A stretch of DNA of 28,091 bases from a virus. Lineage: Duplodnaviria > Caudoviricetes. The stretch is from positions 1-28,091 of IMG/VR virus record IMGVR_UViG_3300037585_001476; one strand, written 5' to 3'. This document shows positions 1-11,100 of this stretch, one piece after another (position 1 is the stretch's first letter; the number at the start of each line of letters is the position of its first letter). Below the pieces are notes generated by a model. The model was not told where the DNA came from. It was given only the letters and a program-made list of their open reading frames with translations, and did no database searches. Both the position numbers and the translations under genes were made by a program.

Positions 1-992
1 AAGCAGAAAGACTTGGGAATGCTACTGGTCTATCAGACAGTCAGATCGAAGCAATATTCCAAGACTCAGGAATTGGAAACAAGATAACTGATATTAGATC
101 TGGTCTTAGCCAGACAGACGCAGATAGGGCGGCTGAAGAATCCCGTATTGCGAGAGCACAGTCAGACGCATTGGCTGGTGCAAACACAGCATTCTCAAAT
201 ATTGGTTCATCAGGTTACTATAACAAGTCAATGCTCGACCAACTCCAGAACGCAATCACTCAGGGCCAAGGAACTTACGAAGATTTCTCTTCCCCATTGG
301 CCTATGATTTTACAAAGGCAACTAATCAATATGGTTCTGCTCAGACTGCACTTAATGATCTTCTGGCTCAAAGAAAAAGAAAACTTGATTCAATAGAGGG
401 TGATCTTTCAGGAGCTTACAGTCCTCTTGCAGATTTAGATCTGTGGGAAGAAAGTGAAATGAATAAGATACTTGGAGGTATCGAAGACGTTGATTACGAC
501 CTGGGATATTTTACAGGTGGAAGAGTGGGAGATATCTATGCTGATATGGATAGTTATAAAAGAGATGTCACAAACAAGCTGGGTCAATTAGGTGATTACC
601 GTGAAGGTTTAGAGACAAGCTCTAAAGGTCTTTACGACAGATTAATGGGTGAAGATACGAACAGAGCAAACTATGATGCCTTCTTAGAAGAATTTGATCC
701 AATAAAAGCTGAGATAAATAAGTACACAGCATCTCAGGCGTATGATGAAAGAGGCGACATAACCGCAGAGCTTGCATCCCGTCTGGCTCAGATCGAGCAA
801 GATGAATCAAATGTTGCCGCACGGACGGCAAGAGCTAATGCAGACAATAATGATTTTCAGTTTCAGGATTACAGATTGGTTGATCCACTTACATCCTTAA
901 ACAGAGGAGCTTTATATAGTGCAGAGGATGAAGAGGAGGACTTGTTTAACAATCCAACCTCGGCCTTCGCACAAAACATATTGAGGTATTAA
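1..992 (+). CDS. Virion-associated protein, 5'-truncated (probable internal/ejection protein)
   Basis: Frame is open from nt 3 (AERLGNATGLSDSQ...) to TAA at 990-992, so the 171 start in the ORF track is internal; acidic, helical composition; first of a coupled run of large genes. Confidence 0.7.
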   Translation, partial: AERLGNATGLSDSQIEAIFQDSGIGNKITDIRSGLSQTDADRAAEESRIARAQSDALAGANTAFSNIGSSGYYNKSMLDQLQNAITQGQGTYEDFSSPLAYDFTKATNQYGSAQTALNDLLAQRKRKLDSIEGDLSGAYSPLADLDLWEESEMNKILGGIEDVDYDLGYFTGGRVGDIYADMDSYKRDVTNKLGQLGDYREGLETSSKGLYDRLMGEDTNRANYDAFLEEFDPIKAEINKYTASQAYDERGDITAELASRLAQIEQDESNVAARTARANADNNDFQFQDYRLVDPLTSLNRGALYSAEDEEEDLFNNPTSAFAQNILRY

Positions 993-993
993 G

Positions 994-2403
994 ATGGTTT
1001 GGTCAGTTGTATTAGGTGGTCTTGGTCTTCTCCAAGACATGTCTCGTGAAAACAAGGCACAAAGGAGATACGACTCTGCTGAAGCGTTCAATCGAGAAAT
1101 GGCTCGTCAGTCAATGGATTGGATGGAGGAAGACAGAGCACGTTACAACAGACTTGATGACCTAAATCGTGGTATCCGTGGAGACGAGAGAGCATTCGCT
1201 GAACGAGAGTTAGGTGAATACAAATCCAGATTACTCAAGGAACGTGAGTTTGAGATTGAACGTATGCTTCAAATGGACAGGGAAGCCGCACGTCAATACG
1301 CATTTAAGCTAGAACAGTATTTAAGAAATCAGGAAATAACTGGTCAAGAAAGAGAACGGGCTCTTCAGGAACTTGAAGACGCAAAGGCGATAGCCGCAGG
1401 TGAAAGAGACGAAGACCAACGAAGATTTGAAATGGCAAAGGCTCAAAAGGAAGTTGAAAGAGACTACCAGATCCAGCAGATAAATAATGCCAGAGTTGGA
1501 TTCCAGCAAGAACGAAACGATATGTTGCGTCAACGCAAGATGATTTCAGATCGCATTCAGGGTATGCAGACAGGTCTTGAGAATGTGTACGCTGGCTTAC
1601 AAGATATCCCAGACGTAACACCAGTTACTCAGGCACGAATTGACGCAGAAGTAAACAAACGTGCAGACCAATATATCGGAGACGTAGACCGTGCGGCTGA
1701 CAGAGTTGCGTCTGTTGCTGAAGGTGGTCTGATAAACAGAGGCATGGACAACTCTACTCTGGCTAACCAGACCAGAGGTGATATAGCTTCACGTCTTGCA
1801 GACGAATATCAGAACGCTCGGTTCAGAGCTTATGATGATGCAATGAAATATATTGGCGGTCAGCAGAATATTGAGAATACAGACATAAACCAAATCTTAG
1901 CTTCAAGACAAAGTCAGCTTGGTCAGTACGGAGATACTATGGGTGCAGGTCTAGCACAAATGGCTAACCTTCCAGACGCTCCGTCTTCTATGGGTTATAT
2001 GAATTATATGCCAGCCTCTTCTATTTACGACAGAGGTGTCGGATCTTCTGCTAATGCGTTCCAAGACAAGTATGGTCTGAGAAGTGGAATAAGCAGTGGC
2101 TACACAGATCTTGGTTCAGAGCTTGCTTCCCTAACAGGGGTAAATACAAGCGGTGCGGCAAGTGCAGGTCTAAATCTCGGAAGTGGCGTTTACGACTATT
2201 CACCACAAAATTGGTCAGACCCAAGCTCCTATTCTGGAAACATGTTAACCTCTGCGAGTGAAAGGTATAATAAAGCCTTAGAACAATCAAAAACATCTGG
2301 AGGAACATTCGGTAAAGCATTCTTAGATTGGAATTATGGTACGGGAGAATATTCAGATATGACACCTAAGTACACCGTTAAAGATATTTTTAATTGGAGT
2401 TAA
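994..2403 (+). CDS. Putative internal virion/DNA-ejection (pilot-like) protein, 469 aa
   Basis: GAGGT SD before ATG; hydrophobic Gly-rich N-terminus (MVWSVVLGGLGLL), long E/R/Q coiled coil, G/S-rich C-terminus; position typical of podovirus core genes. Confidence 0.6.
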   Translation: MVWSVVLGGLGLLQDMSRENKAQRRYDSAEAFNREMARQSMDWMEEDRARYNRLDDLNRGIRGDERAFAERELGEYKSRLLKEREFEIERMLQMDREAARQYAFKLEQYLRNQEITGQERERALQELEDAKAIAAGERDEDQRRFEMAKAQKEVERDYQIQQINNARVGFQQERNDMLRQRKMISDRIQGMQTGLENVYAGLQDIPDVTPVTQARIDAEVNKRADQYIGDVDRAADRVASVAEGGLINRGMDNSTLANQTRGDIASRLADEYQNARFRAYDDAMKYIGGQQNIENTDINQILASRQSQLGQYGDTMGAGLAQMANLPDAPSSMGYMNYMPASSIYDRGVGSSANAFQDKYGLRSGISSGYTDLGSELASLTGVNTSGAASAGLNLGSGVYDYSPQNWSDPSSYSGNMLTSASERYNKALEQSKTSGGTFGKAFLDWNYGTGEYSDMTPKYTVKDIFNWS

Positions 2404-2406
2404 TCA

Positions 2407-5103
2407 ATGAGTATATTTTCAGCAATATCACAGGGAATGCAAGACCAAAAAGAGTTCAGGCATGGACAAAGACAACAGATGGCAGAAGCATTTGCTGACT
2501 ACAAAGCGGCTAACCCTTATGCAACTGCCGCAGATTTCCAAAGTTTCGTTGATTCATATTCTGGTGGAAACAATTACATCTCAGGTGGAGCACCATCTGT
2601 AAATGTTCGTAATAGGATAGCGGCAGAAAATTTTCGGCAAAAAGAAATAGCAGACAGAACCCGTCTTCTTGGAGAGATGGAAGATATGCGAAGAATTAGT
2701 GATTTGTTTAGCACTGATATAGACAACGCCTTGTTAAACGCACCAATAGGTAAAGACGGAACGGTAGAATTTAACAAAGCATACGAAACTTTCATGGAAA
2801 ATAATCCAAGGTTTGACAAACTGGGATTTGATATCAAGGGTCAATTTAACCAAACGAGATTTGATAAATTAAGGCGAGGACGAATTGCGGAAAACTATGA
2901 AAATGCCATGAAGTTTATTGAAGATGCAAAAGACCCGACTAATATAAATGTCGGCATGTTTGCGGATATGTATGGCCTTGGTGAAGGGATTGCAAAGGAG
3001 GTGTTAGACCAAGCAAAGGTAGAATTTAACGAAACCCAACAAAAAAAGAAAGACAATTTTAATACTACTGTCAATGCCAGAGTAAGAGAACTTGCAAAAG
3101 ATTCTACGATAACTCCAGCTAATCTTTTAGCCACATTAGAAAGTGAATTTGGGGGCAACCCATTATGGGATAAAACTGATACAGATTTTATTGGCGGTGT
3201 AGTTAAAGAAGGTGAAGATCTTTTAGCAAAAGCAAAAGACGCACGGTTCAAAGCCTTACTGACAGAAGCACAAGGCGAAGCAAGTCGCTTAGAGGGTATA
3301 TACTCCCAACGAAACATGGACGTATTACAAATCGAGAAAGATCTAAGGAGTAAATACAATTACCTTTTACAATCGGAAGACAACGACTTCTTTGATAAAT
3401 TGTTTGCAGACCGTGACTGGCTAGATCAAATTGTAGATAGAGCGACAAGTACCCAATCGGTTGCCACAGAAACTCGTAGGGACGAAGCACAGCGAAGTGC
3501 TTACCAAGCTGTCGAAGCCGCTATCATTCGAGGAGATGATCCTTCTACTCTTCTCGCAACCGCAAGGTCAACACTACCAAAAGAGTTTGAAGACATACTC
3601 GGCACTGGCTCTGCTGGGATACCAGACGATCTGGCGACAATGATTACTAATGCTACAGAAAAATATGAACTTAAAGTTGATGCAGAAAGATCCGACGAAT
3701 TAAGCAAAGTAGAAACTAAACTTTGGAATCAAACTGTGGCGACAGCTATTGAATCACAACTCAGGGTGGGAGGAATGGAAGCGGCAAGCAAATATATTTC
3801 CGAAACTCTCAGCAGTACTCTTACTGGTGAATACTGGCTGTCTAAGGAGGGCATTGCAGAAAAAGAGAAGTTTATCCAAGAGCATCTTGAAGGTGTGATT
3901 AAACTAAATCAGGATGTAATGGATGGACAAATTACAGACGGTATCCTTACAGCTAAAGACAGGGAGAAACAGTTACTTGCAACAGCCGTATCTGATAATG
4001 CAGAAAAAGCCTCTCAAATTTTTGCTGGAGATGCTTCAAAAATTAAGAGTGGTGGCAACCCTTATCTACAAGAGATAGCTCCACAACTAGCTAAAGATTG
4101 GCTAATGAATGACAATACCAAAAATCTTTTACTTACTTTTGCAACCAGTGATTCTCTTAAAAATGCTGGAGAGAATGTTACGCCTAGCCAACTAAAAAAC
4201 ATGGCAGACGCATGGCTTAGAGCACATGGGGCAACTCCTTGGGCAGATGCCGTCGAAAGCCTCAGTACCGATGAGTTGGTTCAGCAGAGAACTTTGTTTA
4301 CAGATTATCAGGATAGTGTTGAAGCACACATTAGTGAAACAATAGATTCATTTGAGTCTAGTTTTAATGAGATCCAACAAAACTCTAAAGAATTTGAGAC
4401 AGCAGAACAATATGATTCTGCCATTCGGGTACTTAATAACCTCAAGGGTCAGTATAGAAAGTGGGTAGGAGAGTACGGAAATGTTCTTGAAAACAACTTC
4501 GAAACTCGTAGAAATTGGAGAGACATAGCTGGTAAGGCTTATGACAGAGATGCAATCGACGAGCTATATGCAGGTGCATCAGGTTATCTTTCAGATAATA
4601 CAGCCGTAGATAGGTTGATTGACCGTCTAAAAACACAAAAAGAGAGGATACAGCCAACTGACCTAAACAATGAAAACAGAAACCAAGATTGGTATAACCA
4701 GTATTATGACGACACTAAGAGTGTAGATTGGAACAATAAGAACAAGAAAAGAATAGAAGCTAAGTTTGATCTCAATCTGGGTCAGCTTCGGTCAGAGAAA
4801 GCTCTAGGTACAGACCTACCATTCGTTGGTAATAAATTAGAAGAGTGGCTGAAAGGAAGAGTTGGCGACGGTGGAGTGAGTTTAAGAAATCTTCTTCTTG
4901 GATCTGAAGACGCTGAAAATAGAGATCAGATAGCTCAAAGAAAGTTTCTTGATGAAATGACAGATGATATAGGTGTGAAGGCATACTTTAGAAGAAATCC
5001 TGAAGTTTTCCAAGCATTCATAGAAGATCCATTCAAGGCCATAGAGGAAGTACCTGAATTGGCTTCTATGGCTGTGTCTTTTGGGTATGAGATACCTAAA
5101 TAA
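2407..5103 (+). CDS. Putative internal virion/ejection protein, 898 aa
   Basis: GGAG SD; N-terminus MSIFSAISQGMQ followed by helical sequence; lies between the 469-aa and 3381-aa genes, like the T7 gp14-gp15-gp16 size series. Confidence 0.6.
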   Translation: MSIFSAISQGMQDQKEFRHGQRQQMAEAFADYKAANPYATAADFQSFVDSYSGGNNYISGGAPSVNVRNRIAAENFRQKEIADRTRLLGEMEDMRRISDLFSTDIDNALLNAPIGKDGTVEFNKAYETFMENNPRFDKLGFDIKGQFNQTRFDKLRRGRIAENYENAMKFIEDAKDPTNINVGMFADMYGLGEGIAKEVLDQAKVEFNETQQKKKDNFNTTVNARVRELAKDSTITPANLLATLESEFGGNPLWDKTDTDFIGGVVKEGEDLLAKAKDARFKALLTEAQGEASRLEGIYSQRNMDVLQIEKDLRSKYNYLLQSEDNDFFDKLFADRDWLDQIVDRATSTQSVATETRRDEAQRSAYQAVEAAIIRGDDPSTLLATARSTLPKEFEDILGTGSAGIPDDLATMITNATEKYELKVDAERSDELSKVETKLWNQTVATAIESQLRVGGMEAASKYISETLSSTLTGEYWLSKEGIAEKEKFIQEHLEGVIKLNQDVMDGQITDGILTAKDREKQLLATAVSDNAEKASQIFAGDASKIKSGGNPYLQEIAPQLAKDWLMNDNTKNLLLTFATSDSLKNAGENVTPSQLKNMADAWLRAHGATPWADAVESLSTDELVQQRTLFTDYQDSVEAHISETIDSFESSFNEIQQNSKEFETAEQYDSAIRVLNNLKGQYRKWVGEYGNVLENNFETRRNWRDIAGKAYDRDAIDELYAGASGYLSDNTAVDRLIDRLKTQKERIQPTDLNNENRNQDWYNQYYDDTKSVDWNNKNKKRIEAKFDLNLGQLRSEKALGTDLPFVGNKLEEWLKGRVGDGGVSLRNLLLGSEDAENRDQIAQRKFLDEMTDDIGVKAYFRRNPEVFQAFIEDPFKAIEEVPELASMAVSFGYEIPK

Positions 5104-5121
5104 GGACGACCCCTTCTTTTA

Positions 5122-5157
5122 ACTCCAGTATTCTGAGAATTATTCGGAAACTGGAGT
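5122..5157 (+). promoter_or_regulatory. Hairpin covering the SD of the 3381-aa gene
   Basis: ACTCCAGT-A-TTCTGA / TCGGAA-ACTGGAGT, 14 bp with one bulge and one G-U pair; GGAG at 5153-5156 is in the 3' arm, ATG at 5165. Confidence 0.65.
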
Positions 5158-5164
5158 ACCGTAA

Positions 5165-8100
5165 ATGACATTTAAAAAAGTTACTTTTGATCTTACAGAC
5201 CCTAAAGATCAAACCACCTCTCAAACAGCAGACCTTGGATACGCTTCTAATGTAGACAGACGAAGCATACTTAAAGATCCAAGATTTATTAAAGACCTTC
5301 AAGACAGATACGACCCGTTACAGCAACTGTCAGACGAAGACCTTATCAACAAATTTTATTCAGACGAGAACTGGGCTCAGTTAAATACTATCGGTGCTGT
5401 CGGCAGAATGATGGAAGGTGGTGGAGACACCGACGAAGAGAAGATGAGAAACGCCAGACTAACAACAGTCTGGGACAACCTGCCTAACTTCTATCAAGAA
5501 GGTGGTCGTGGTTGGGGTGCTGTGCCAGACATAGCAAAGTCTGTGTTGGCAGACCCAATTAACTTAATTGGTGGTATTGCGGCTAAAGGTGTTTCCCAAG
5601 CGGCAATGAGAACAACAACTGCCCTTGGAAGATCTGCTCCAGTTAAATCATTTCTTAAAGGTGTTACTACTGGTGCGGCAACTGAGGGTGCAATATCTGG
5701 TGGGCAAGAAGCTCTTATCAACGTAAGTGAACAAGGATACAGACAAGACATTGGACTCCAACAGGAGTTTGACTGGAATCAATTCGCTCAAGCAACAGCA
5801 TTCGGAACTGCTCTTGGTGGTGCTGTCGGTGGTGCAATCGGTATTCCGTCAGCTATTTCAGGTGTCAGACAAGGAGCTAGAGAGGCTCAAACTTTATCAA
5901 GGTCAGACCTCTCTCCAGAAGAAATAGCGTCTTTAACTAATAGAAGAGCTTCAGAAGAGATAAACTTTTTGAATCAAAAAGAATCGGGATTAATACTCCC
6001 TGCTCCAAAAACAGATGAACCCAAAATTGGAGCAGAAGCAGAAGTTGAAGTAGAACCTGTTCCCAAGACATCGACAGACGAGATACTTGGAGAGTTGGAC
6101 GGACAGCAACCTGTATTTCAACAGCAGTTAAACGAAGCAAGGATAGCACAAGAGGCAATAGTAGAAGACGGCTTAGAAAATACTACTTTGGGTAGAGAAA
6201 TTGCGAAGGATGTATCACGAGCAGAGGTTAATAAAGAAATAGTAGAGCGTCTGAAGAATGAGCAAGACCAGATTTCAGCCCTGATGCAGTCCAATAAAGT
6301 TGCTGACCAAAAGATGGCTAAAGCTATGCAAGCCGCTTTGGATGCAGATGTGGCACATGCAAGAGTTGCGGCTAAGAAAGGCGACGCTCTAACTTCCGAA
6401 GCTATTCTTACTTCAGCAAAGAAGCGAGCAAAGAAGATAGATGAACAGGCTAAGAAAGCCTCTGCTAAAAAGGCGAGAGGAAAAGGAAAAGGTTCGGCCT
6501 CAACTACAACCGACGAGGCTGAATTGGCGACGGAGGATGGATCTGGCCCTTCCTCCACAGACGATTCCTCCGTCACCACTGAAGATATAGAGGCTGATGA
6601 AGCAAGAGTTGCTGATCTCAGGGAAAATAATCCTGAAGGCTACAAGAAAGAGATGACACCAGTTGTCAATACCTTGATTTCAGGCGAACCAGACGCAAGC
6701 AAAATAAAAAGAAAATTAAAAAAAGCAAAAACATCAGATGATGTTGATAAAATTATTGACGAGGTGTCTGAGAGATTACAGACAAAGGTAGAAGACCCAG
6801 ATAAAGCATCTGCACCAAAACTTCCTGAAGTTAATTGGGGAGGTAAAGCTGGTCAAGGTGGACAGAAGAGTGTTGACGAACAACTTGCGAAGGCAGGGTT
6901 TACCCCAGAGCAAGCCGATCAGTGGCTGAAAGAAAACATTGCCAATGGAAACATTGCAACGAATGAGAAGGGGGTAATCAAACTTGGAAAACAAGGTGCT
7001 ACAAAGACTGTCAGACAACTTCTAAAAGATACTGAAGCTCCAGCAGTTAAGGTCGAAGGAGAGCCTTCGGTAGCCGAAGAAATAGCAAAAATAGCGGAAG
7101 ACAATAGGAAAGTCACAGACCCAGAAAAGATGGCTGAGATTATAAAGGCTCAAGCAAAACGAAATTTACCTAGCAAGAGCCAAGAGGAGATAGACTCAGT
7201 TTATGACACACTCATGTCTGGCGGTGAGAAGCAGAGACTGGCAGACGATCAGACTATATTGAATGCCAAATTTAAAGGTGATGAAGAAAAGGAATTTATC
7301 AAAGCAGTTAGAGATCTACAAAAGAACGAAGCTGATTACAAAAAAGATTTAACTGAAGAGGAGCTTGCAGATTACGAACCTATGAGCATGGAGCAAATGA
7401 AGCTCAATGCAAAGAAGGTTGTCCTAGCTCAGAGGGCTGAGAAAGGACTTAAAAGCCCAAGGAATGTTACGAATGCTATTGAGAGAGCATCTATTCTTGA
7501 AGGGGCTGGTAGAACTGAAAGCGGTAAAATCCAATCATTTCTAAAATGGGACTCAAAGCGTGTTGGTTTAGGTTCAAAAGAGCAGACGTTTGTTGGCAAT
7601 AGAATGAATGACATTGGCTCTGCCCTTGCGGAAGCTACTAGACGTAAAAATTCAAAGGGAGAGAATGTAGAAACATTAAGAAAGAAACTTGAGAGACTTA
7701 GAAGCCCGAAGAAAATAGAAGAAGTAGAACAAGAAATAGCTAGGATTGAGTCTGAAAGTCTTCTTGTTCCTTTTCAAGCTGATAAATCTACACCCAATGT
7801 CATCAAAGAAATTACGGAAGGCCCGAATAAAGGCAGAGTTGATTTCAGGCACACTGCTAAAAAAGGAGAAATTCTTTACGCCAACGGACGGGATGGAAAG
7901 ATATACGCAGACGAAGCTACAGCAGAATTAGTTAGTCAGAAAAAACCTAGTTTAGTGTCAGAGGTTCTTGAGAAAAACCCAGCAGTTAAAGGTAATAAAC
8001 TTTTATTCATAAAGAAAAAGGATGGCACAGGTAAGTTGCCATACCGTCTGGCTTCTAAAAAGCAAGCAGAAACAGGCGAAGGTATTAAGTCCCTGCTCGG

Positions 8101-11100
8101 AAAACAAAACCCAGATGATTGGGAAGTTCGTTACATAGAAGAAAGCAAAGTCCCTACTGGCTCTAGGTCTAATATAAATGCTTTGGCAAAACTTTGGGAT
8201 GAAGCAGGGGAAGAGCCAAGTGCTTCAGACGGACAAGGAGTTATACGTTTCGTTGGTGACGAGACAGGAAATGGTATGGCTACTCCCGTAGAGAACCTTG
8301 CCGAAAGCCCTCTCGATGTATCTAAGTTAAACGAACAACAGCGTACAGCTTTTAACAGAAGGAACACCAGACAGGCTCTAGGTGATCCTACACTCAGCGA
8401 CGTTCAACATGCCATAGATAGTATTGATAACGGTGAATTTCCCACTAAAGGAAATAAGACAGAACTCGCAATATTAATCAGCGATCTTGAGCAACTCTAC
8501 TCCATTCAAAGAGACTTAATTCCAGGGGGTATTGTTAGAAAAGCTAGTGATAGAGAAAAGATAATCAACAAGATTGAAAAAATTATGCAAGATGCCGACC
8601 CAGAGGTTGCGGTAGTTGTGAAAAACACACTGGCTTTTATTGGAGGAGATCCTCTTAAAGCTCCAAGAATTGTGACGACAGAAGGAGGAGATCAAGGTTG
8701 GAGTTATGCCAATGGGAACATTAGAATGGGTGACAGAGAAAAGGTATCTGCTGACCATACTTTTTTCCATGCAGTAGCCCAATGGTCTTATGACAATATC
8801 TTAACACCAGAAGACCGAATGCTTTTCTGGAATGCTTTAAGTAGAGACATTGCAACAAAAGGAAAAGCAAAGGCAAAGATACCTGTGTTAGACAGGTATG
8901 CAGAAACTGAGACAGGCTTGGCACGAAAGATATGGGCAGACCAGTTTGCATCTTGGGCTTTTGACAACCGTTCTCACGGCATATTTAGCGATCATAAAAC
9001 TAATGTCTACAATGAACATTACTGGCAAAAAATGTCTAAGATCCAAAGGGCATCTGTGGACAGGTATTTTTCTGGAGCGAACATTGCCCCAGAACTCGAA
9101 GGTTTGTTTTCGAAAGTTCTTCCAGAACAAGTCAGAAGCATAAAAAAGATTGGTGTAATTTCGGACGATCCGAAGACAAAGAAGGGAATGGTAGTAAAGG
9201 GATTTCAGGTTAGGCTTGAAATGGCAGTTGATGAAATACAACGAGCTATCAGGGTTTATCAAGACCCTGAAGGCAACCCAGAAGAATTAGTAAATGCGGC
9301 AAGAGGTTTTAGATCTCTTCTAGCTTCCGCTTTCCCAAATAGAGATGTCGGCTCTAAATCTACTGCAATGAAGAATACACTAAGCTGGCTACGTCCTTTA
9401 GATAAAGTAGCAAGAGGTAGGTTTGCAGACTTAAATTATATTATGGCTGAGAAAGGGGGTCTTGTTCAGCAACTCAGAGCAAAACAAGATGAGCTTGGTC
9501 AAATAAGAGACGACGCTTTACAAGAGGCTGATAGTCCTGAAGCTATCGAGTTGAAAGCAAAATATATTGAAGAACTGTTCGAGCATGGACACGCAGATCT
9601 GCTTAAAGGTGGATCAAACGCCAGACCATACGGCGGTGAACAGACCAGTTACACAACTTTAAATGAACTTATTCGGTTAATGCGTGAGTATTCAGACATT
9701 GAATATAAAAAGGCAGAAGGTGCATCGAGAGCAGACGAGTTTGTAAATTTAAGAACGGGCATGGTATCCAGAAAGCCTTCTTTTGAAATTAGAACAAAAG
9801 AAGGTAGAAAAATTAAAGTTGCTAACAGAGCCGCAGACAACGACGCTAATAAAGTAATAAAAACCCCTGCAAATAAACGTAAGTCTGCGACAAATAAAAA
9901 GCCAAGGATGGATAATGTAACTGAGGCAACTCAAAGATCCTATGGCGATAAGTCTATCCCAGAACTGCGTGAAATCTACAAGAAGAATAAAGACACACAA
10001 CTTGGCGATCAGGTTGCTTGGTTAATGTGGCAAAAGAAGAACGCCGAACCAGAGCCTGAATACTTCACTCAAATTCACTATGAACAAAGTGCAGATGACA
10101 TACAGGTGATGAAGGAGGAAGGCCCAGAAGCAGGTTCTCCAGAAGCTATTGCAGAAGATAAGGCAATTCAAGAGGAGCTTGCTGATATTAAAGCAAAAAA
10201 TGATGGTGGAAGATATAAAGAGTTTTATGACGAAGAAGCATCTGTTCTATTTATCGTAGAGTTACCTGATAATTTAAAAGCACAAGCGAAAAGAGAATGG
10301 GGTAAAACTAAATCAATCAAGGATATAGACACTTGGTTAGCTAAGTACAGGAACATCTGGGATCAACAACAAGCGTCCCCCCCGATGGATCAAGCGTCTC
10401 CCCCAATGGATCTAGCCCCAAGGAGTATGTGGAAGACCACAAAGGAACTCAGGAAGTTACAAAAGAATGAGCTTGTAGAACTGTGGAAGAATGGTGCTGA
10501 GACAGGTTTTTTCACTCATGGAAATATTGAGTGGCCTATACATGCCGTCGAGTGGGAAATCCATCGACGAGGTATCACTGATACATACAAGAAGCTAGAC
10601 AAGCCTGTTCCAAAATATCTCAGACAACGCATTAGAACAGAACTTAGTAATGGTGTTGGTATTGCTACTGAAGATGGCATCCCACCTTCAGCACCTATTT
10701 CCACAAAGACAATCCTTTCATATATGTCCCATCGTGATCCTGAAGTTCAGTACACCATGAGAACCATGTTGCATCGTATGATGAACTTAATGGGCAAGAA
10801 CGTAGAGAATACTCTTGGCGAAACTAATGTGATGGATGGGTCTGATATTGCTCGTCTGGCAAAGGTAGACCCTGCTGGAATGAAAAATGTTTCTGTCGAT
10901 TTTAGAAGCGATACATTTAATAAATTAAGATCAGACCTCAGAAAGATTTCTATTGGTCTAACCAAAGGAAACTCTAACCCATTTGATGCCGTGCATGAGA
11001 TTGGTCATACAATGGTCAGGGGTGGAATGCTACCTAAAGAAGAGATGGACGCTGTCATTGAGTTATACAGGGCGGCTGACGACACTATCAAATCAAATGT

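Noticed and set aside
5103-5110. AGGACGAC as a phage-specific promoter element
   Set aside because: Only one intergenic copy; the other copies noticed (near 13512 and 22582) are inside genes
7654-7665. 12-nt match AAAGGGAGAGAA to the hairpin loop at 18335-18346
   Set aside because: Low-complexity purine run inside a coding region, followed only by an out-of-frame ATG-TAG; may be chance
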